From Alphaproteobacteria bacterium (lineage in GTDB: Bacteria; Pseudomonadota; Alphaproteobacteria; UBA9219; RFNS01): 64,000 nucleotides of DNA. The translations under genes and the position numbers were made by a program. A model generated the notes under the pieces. It searched no databases, had not been told where the DNA came from, and worked only from the letters and a program-made list of their open reading frames with translations. Shown here piece after piece: positions 60,308-64,000 of the stretch. The stretch covers positions 57,491 to 121,490 of the forward strand of contig WGMR01000004.1 in assembly GCA_016124955.1 (NCBI GenBank), given 5' to 3'. Every line of letters begins with the position of its first letter. The first letter of the stretch is position 1.

Positions 60308-61615
60308 ATGCGTAAGCTTCTTCTCGCCACTTCGGCTCTCGCCGGCGTTGCCATGATCGCCACTGGCGCTCAGGCCGCTGCTCCGGCGCCTGTCACGGTG
60401 AATGTCAACGGTTATGTTGATTTCCGTGCCGGTCTTTTCCACGAAGACAAGAACAACAACACACCTCTGGCGAACAGCGCCAGCGCGTCGCGCCGCGACA
60501 TGGACTTTGAAACCGAGTGGAAGGTCAATGTCGATGTTGAAGGCAAGGCTGCGAACGGCGTCGAATACGGCGGCCGCGTCAGCATCTGGAACGGCTCGTC
60601 CTACATCGATGGCGGCAACGGCGGCAACAGCTACAACCACAACTCGAGCCAGACGAACACTGGCACGGGCGGTCGTGCTGATCAGGCCTATGTCTATATG
60701 ACCAGCAACTACGGCAAGCTCATTGTCGGCGACGAGCACGGCGCTTCGGACCTGTTCGTGTACGCTCCGACGATCGGTGCAAACCAGGTTGACGGTGTTT
60801 ACACCGACTTCACCGACCCGGCTTCGCTTTGGGCCGTTCAACCCGCTTTCTTCGACAACATCGAAGATAGCACGAAGGTCACCTACTACACCCCGCAGCT
60901 CGGCAACGACGAGCACAAGGTGCAGCTGGGTGCGAGCTTCACGCCCAACCAGAGCGATGAAGGTCAGAACGTTGTCAAGTACCAGAACAGCGCAGCAACC
61001 AGCAATGGCACGCTGTACGCCCCGTACGAAAACCTGTTTGAAGCAGGCATTCAGTACACGGGCAGCTTTGACGCCGTTAACGTCGTTCTGAGCAGCAACG
61101 TGATCACCGGTTCGGGCGAAACTCTCGCTGTTAACCAATTGGTTCAAGGCACGGCTGACCAGTATCAGGACTTCCTGCTCTGGGGTATCGGCGGTCAGGT
61201 CATGTATGCTGGCTTCACGGTCGGCGGCAGCTATGTCGATGCGGGTCGCTTCAACACGGTCAACACCATCTCTACCGGCCTGAACCAGAACAAGGATCAA
61301 ACCTTGTGGTCGGCCGGCGTGAGCTACGGTGCCGACAACTGGGCCCTGGCGTTCAGCTACCTTGGCGGTGAAGGCTACAACAATGCCTTCGCGGTCAACG
61401 GTAACGTTCCCACCTCGGGTGCGAACACCAACTACGTAGAGGACATCAATGTGTACGGCTTCGGCGGTACCTACACCTGGTTCCCGGGTATGTCCACGAA
61501 CGTCGATCTGGTGTTCTTTGAACAAGACCGCGCCGACAATTTTGGTTCGGTTGCGACAGCAGCTCAGGACAACTCCGGTCAGGTGTTCGTCCTTACCCAG
61601 AAGCTGGAATTCTAA
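60308..61615 (+). CDS. outer-membrane porin (beta-barrel)
   Basis: Signal peptide (MRKLLLATSALAGVAMIATGAQA). Alternating amphipathic beta-strands, Gly/Asn/Tyr-rich loops, and a C-terminal aromatic residue (...LTQKLEF). Confidence 0.75.
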   Translation: MRKLLLATSALAGVAMIATGAQAAAPAPVTVNVNGYVDFRAGLFHEDKNNNTPLANSASASRRDMDFETEWKVNVDVEGKAANGVEYGGRVSIWNGSSYIDGGNGGNSYNHNSSQTNTGTGGRADQAYVYMTSNYGKLIVGDEHGASDLFVYAPTIGANQVDGVYTDFTDPASLWAVQPAFFDNIEDSTKVTYYTPQLGNDEHKVQLGASFTPNQSDEGQNVVKYQNSAATSNGTLYAPYENLFEAGIQYTGSFDAVNVVLSSNVITGSGETLAVNQLVQGTADQYQDFLLWGIGGQVMYAGFTVGGSYVDAGRFNTVNTISTGLNQNKDQTLWSAGVSYGADNWALAFSYLGGEGYNNAFAVNGNVPTSGANTNYVEDINVYGFGGTYTWFPGMSTNVDLVFFEQDRADNFGSVATAAQDNSGQVFVLTQKLEF

Positions 61616-61632
61616 TCCAGACTTAGGGTAAC

Positions 61633-61670
61633 AAGCTTGAAGGGCGGCTGGGAAACCAGCCGCCCTTTTT
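61633..61670 (+). terminator. rho-independent terminator
   Basis: GGGCGGCTGG-gaaa-CCAGCCGCCC followed by TTTTTGTTTG. Confidence 0.7.
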
Positions 61671-61714
61671 GTTTGTGTTTATTTTTCTGCCTAAGCTTTT
61701 AAGGACTGCAATAC

Positions 61715-62302
61715 ATGGCCTATGAATATTCTGCAGAAAACCATAATTGGGATCTGACCTTGAGGGCATCATGGAACCTTCTTATGTCAGGTCAGGCGGC
61801 TAGCAAGGGGCCAAACCTTGAAAAAAAGAACGAACAAGTATTTTCATTTTTTACCGGATCAATGTTGCTTGCTTTTTGTGCAATCGAAAACTTCACAAGC
61901 TCGGTTGCATTTTCGATGCCTGACCATGACAGGTTTAGAGCCTTTGATTATGAAGGCTACAAAAGAATAATCAGATTTTGGGATAAAATAGAGAAGGTGT
62001 GCGCTGCGTTAAATCAGCCGGTAGATAAATCGCAAGGTCTTTTTCAAATAATCAAAGAAATGCAAATTTGGAGAAATGCACTATCCCATACTTCGTCCTA
62101 TGAAATCGAAAGTACGGAGATTCAGGATACTGTTAAAGATTCTTCCATGCTACACGTACCCTTTCACAACAAGGAATACGCGCGGTCTGTCAACGTAGGT
62201 AATGCCAAGAAGTTTTATTGTGCAGCATATAATTATATTGATATGGTCAAGAATGCGTCCGGGATTGAACCCAGGGCAAGCTGCACATATAAGCCAATTT
62301 AG
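61715..62302 (+). CDS. hypothetical protein in a strongly AT-rich island; RNxxxH (HEPN-like) motif
   Basis: AAGGA RBS. Codon usage and GC differ sharply from the flanking genes. WRNALSH fits the Rx4-6H HEPN signature. Family assignment is tentative. Confidence 0.5.
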   Translation: MAYEYSAENHNWDLTLRASWNLLMSGQAASKGPNLEKKNEQVFSFFTGSMLLAFCAIENFTSSVAFSMPDHDRFRAFDYEGYKRIIRFWDKIEKVCAALNQPVDKSQGLFQIIKEMQIWRNALSHTSSYEIESTEIQDTVKDSSMLHVPFHNKEYARSVNVGNAKKFYCAAYNYIDMVKNASGIEPRASCTYKPI

Positions 62303-62327
62303 CTTAACCAAACAAACCCAATATATT

Positions 62328-62447
62328 CGCGTGGCTTGAGCGTGGTTGTTCCGCGCTACCGCTTCGCTGCTTGAGCGTGGTTGTTCCGCGCTACCGCTTC
62401 GCTGCTTGAGCGTGGTTGTTCCGCGCTATCGCTACGCTACTTGAGCG
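62328..62447. repeat. tandem repeat, ~3.5 copies (period 35) of the inverted 25-nt core GCGCTACCGCTTCGCTGCTTGAGCG
   Basis: Cores at 62353-62377, 62388-62412 and a degenerate one at 62423-62447. This is the reverse complement (one mismatch) of the core at 6445-6544. Confidence 0.75.
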
Positions 62448-62452
62448 CGGGA

Positions 62453-63436
62453 TTATTCCGCCGCTTCGGTGTCTTTTTTTTGGGCCAGCACTTCGGCGGG
62501 AAGTCTGATCTGGCGCCGCTGATAGCGGTAGCCGGAAACGAAGCGGGCGAAATGCTGCACGAGCTGCGGATCGCGCGACAGGCGCGCCAGCGTATCGCCC
62601 AGTTGTGCCATATGACCGGCCAGCGCCTTTTCCCCGCCCGCCTGCGCGCCCGCGGGGACGGCCGCGCGGAACAGCGGCTCATGCACCGCGCGTTCGAACA
62701 ACTGCGTAACAAGATCGAGCCCGATCACGGGTGTGACGCCGAAGGCGACATGGATCGTGGCTTCGCTGGTCGCCAGCGCGTCATGGTACCAGCCGCGCGG
62801 GATGTAGAGGATATCGCCCGGCTCCAGCAGCACATCGAGGCTGACGGGCCCGTGGTTCTTTTCGTGAAATTCCGGCGGCAGGCCTTTGAAGGCCGGGTGT
62901 GCCACGGGATCCGGGATCGCGCACTGATAGACTTTCCAGCGTTTGGTGCCCGCGACATGCAGGGCATAAACATCGTGCGTATCGAAATGGGTGCCGAAGC
63001 CCTTATGCGCCTGCCACGAACAATAAAGATTGGCTTGCGCCTTTCCGCCCGCGGTTTCTTCGAGGATCGCGGAAATTTGCTGCAGCGGCGCCGACAGGTT
63101 ACCGATATCGTTGGCGACCAGCGATGCGCCGCGCCGCAACCAGCCCAGCAACTGTTCGGCATCCACGAGCCAGTTATCGCGCCCGTCGCGATCGGTGCCG
63201 CGCGTGCAATATTCCTGCGGCGGGATTTTTCTAAGCTGCCAGGCAAGCTCGAGCGAGCGCTGGGTCCAGAGGCTGTTCTGGCTGAGCAGGGATGAAAGAG
63301 CATCCCAGTTCATCACGCCATCGAGCTTTTTGGCCGCGCCCTTGATATGCAGCGGCTTGCGCCGGTGATATTCGGCGAAAAACTCGCTCTCCGTCATCGG
63401 CGCGAGAAGTTCCGGAAAAGATGCGGGTATTGGCAT
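62453..63436 (-). CDS. cupin-4 / JmjC-domain protein (ribosomal-oxygenase-like)
   Basis: HFDTHDV...H (HxD...H 2-oxoglutarate/Fe(II) facial triad) within a JmjC-like cupin fold. Confidence 0.7.
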   Translation of the reverse strand: MPIPASFPELLAPMTESEFFAEYHRRKPLHIKGAAKKLDGVMNWDALSSLLSQNSLWTQRSLELAWQLRKIPPQEYCTRGTDRDGRDNWLVDAEQLLGWLRRGASLVANDIGNLSAPLQQISAILEETAGGKAQANLYCSWQAHKGFGTHFDTHDVYALHVAGTKRWKVYQCAIPDPVAHPAFKGLPPEFHEKNHGPVSLDVLLEPGDILYIPRGWYHDALATSEATIHVAFGVTPVIGLDLVTQLFERAVHEPLFRAAVPAGAQAGGEKALAGHMAQLGDTLARLSRDPQLVQHFARFVSGYRYQRRQIRLPAEVLAQKKDTEAAE

Positions 63437-63574
63437 AAAATCACTCCCGTTAACCAATCAACCATGCCACAAGCCCGTAATATAGGCCATCCGGGGCATG
63501 AAACAATTGCGCCCGTGCCCCCGGATTTGCTTTTATGGGCCCGCATATTTTAACGATTTTATTGAACCATTGCC

Positions 63575-64000
63575 ATGACCGGAAATACACCGCGCAGCCA
63601 TGCCGGGCTCGAGCACGAAGCCAAATTCATGATCAGGGGCGATGTTCCGCTCTATCGCCTGTTCAGGAATTGCGGCTGGGAATACACGGCGCATCGCAAC
63701 ATATCGGTCTATTTCGATACCGAAGACCACAGGCTGGACGAAAGCAGGATCAAGCTGCGCTATGCCTATCGCAGCGTGGCGGGGCTGTTCGTACCGTGGC
63801 TCGGCGGCCTGATGACATGGCTGAAGCCCAACCCAGACCGCATCGCGCTTAAGGGGCCGGACGAGGCCGACGATAACGTGGCGCATGCGACCATCCGGCC
63901 CGAGGTCGAACAGGATATGACCGGCAGCCGCAAGGATATCACGCCCGCCGCGCTGCTCGGCGCGCTGCCCGCCGAAGACGGGCTTGTTCGGGAAGCAAAA
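63575..64000 (+). CDS. CYTH-domain protein (triphosphate tunnel metalloenzyme-like), 3' end outside the window
   Basis: LEHEAKFMI = ExExK motif at the N-terminus. Frame stays open to the window edge and is absent from the ORF track because it has no stop. Confidence 0.55.
   Translation, partial: MTGNTPRSHAGLEHEAKFMIRGDVPLYRLFRNCGWEYTAHRNISVYFDTEDHRLDESRIKLRYAYRSVAGLFVPWLGGLMTWLKPNPDRIALKGPDEADDNVAHATIRPEVEQDMTGSRKDITPAALLGALPAEDGLVREAK

Overview
This 64 kb window is a high-GC alphaproteobacterial chromosome segment made almost entirely of conserved housekeeping genes, and it almost certainly spans the replication origin region. Both alphaproteobacterial origin-proximal blocks are present: hemE | DUF299-aroE-coaE-dnaQ, and mnmE...mnmG-rsmG-parA-parB. 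Recognisable operons, in order: argB(partial); recX; rpmH-rnpA-yidD-yidC-yihA; pgk; ymdB-like/ispE; an M23 peptidase; comM; gshB; yraN-rsmI/lpoA-like; rph-rdgB-hemW; hisA-HIT; hslVU; smr-mltA-tim44/secB; rho; a haem cluster hemE-hemH-AKR-hemJ; DUF299(PDRP-like)-aroE-coaE-dnaQ; qor-DLH; mnmE; mnmG-rsmG-parA-parB; leuS-lptE-X-holA; a porin; a cupin/JmjC gene and a partial CYTH gene. No rRNA, tRNA, CRISPR or transposase genes were found. Findings beyond routine annotation: (1) a ~390 bp AT-rich hemE|DUF299 intergenic region carrying several DnaA-box-like 9-mers, at the position of the Caulobacter-type origin (Cori); (2) three perfect parS palindromes (TGTTTCACGTGAAACA) inside mnmG and rsmG; (3) a short tandem-repeat family (25-nt core ACGCTCAARCAGCGAAGCGGTAGCGC, x3) at two distant convergent-gene junctions, one copy supplying the last codons of pgk; (4) two strongly AT-rich islands that look horizontally acquired: a cassette of three small proteins (20.6-21.5 kb, two of them related cationic peptides) and a single low-GC gene with an RNxxxH (HEPN-like) motif abutting one repeat array (61.7-62.4 kb); (5) a three-gene insertion between mnmE and mnmG; (6) a divergent XRE-regulator/small-protein pair with an ATAGGA operator-like array. 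The candidate 'novel system' is the AT-rich small-protein cassette, alongside the HEPN-like island; neither function can be established from sequence alone.
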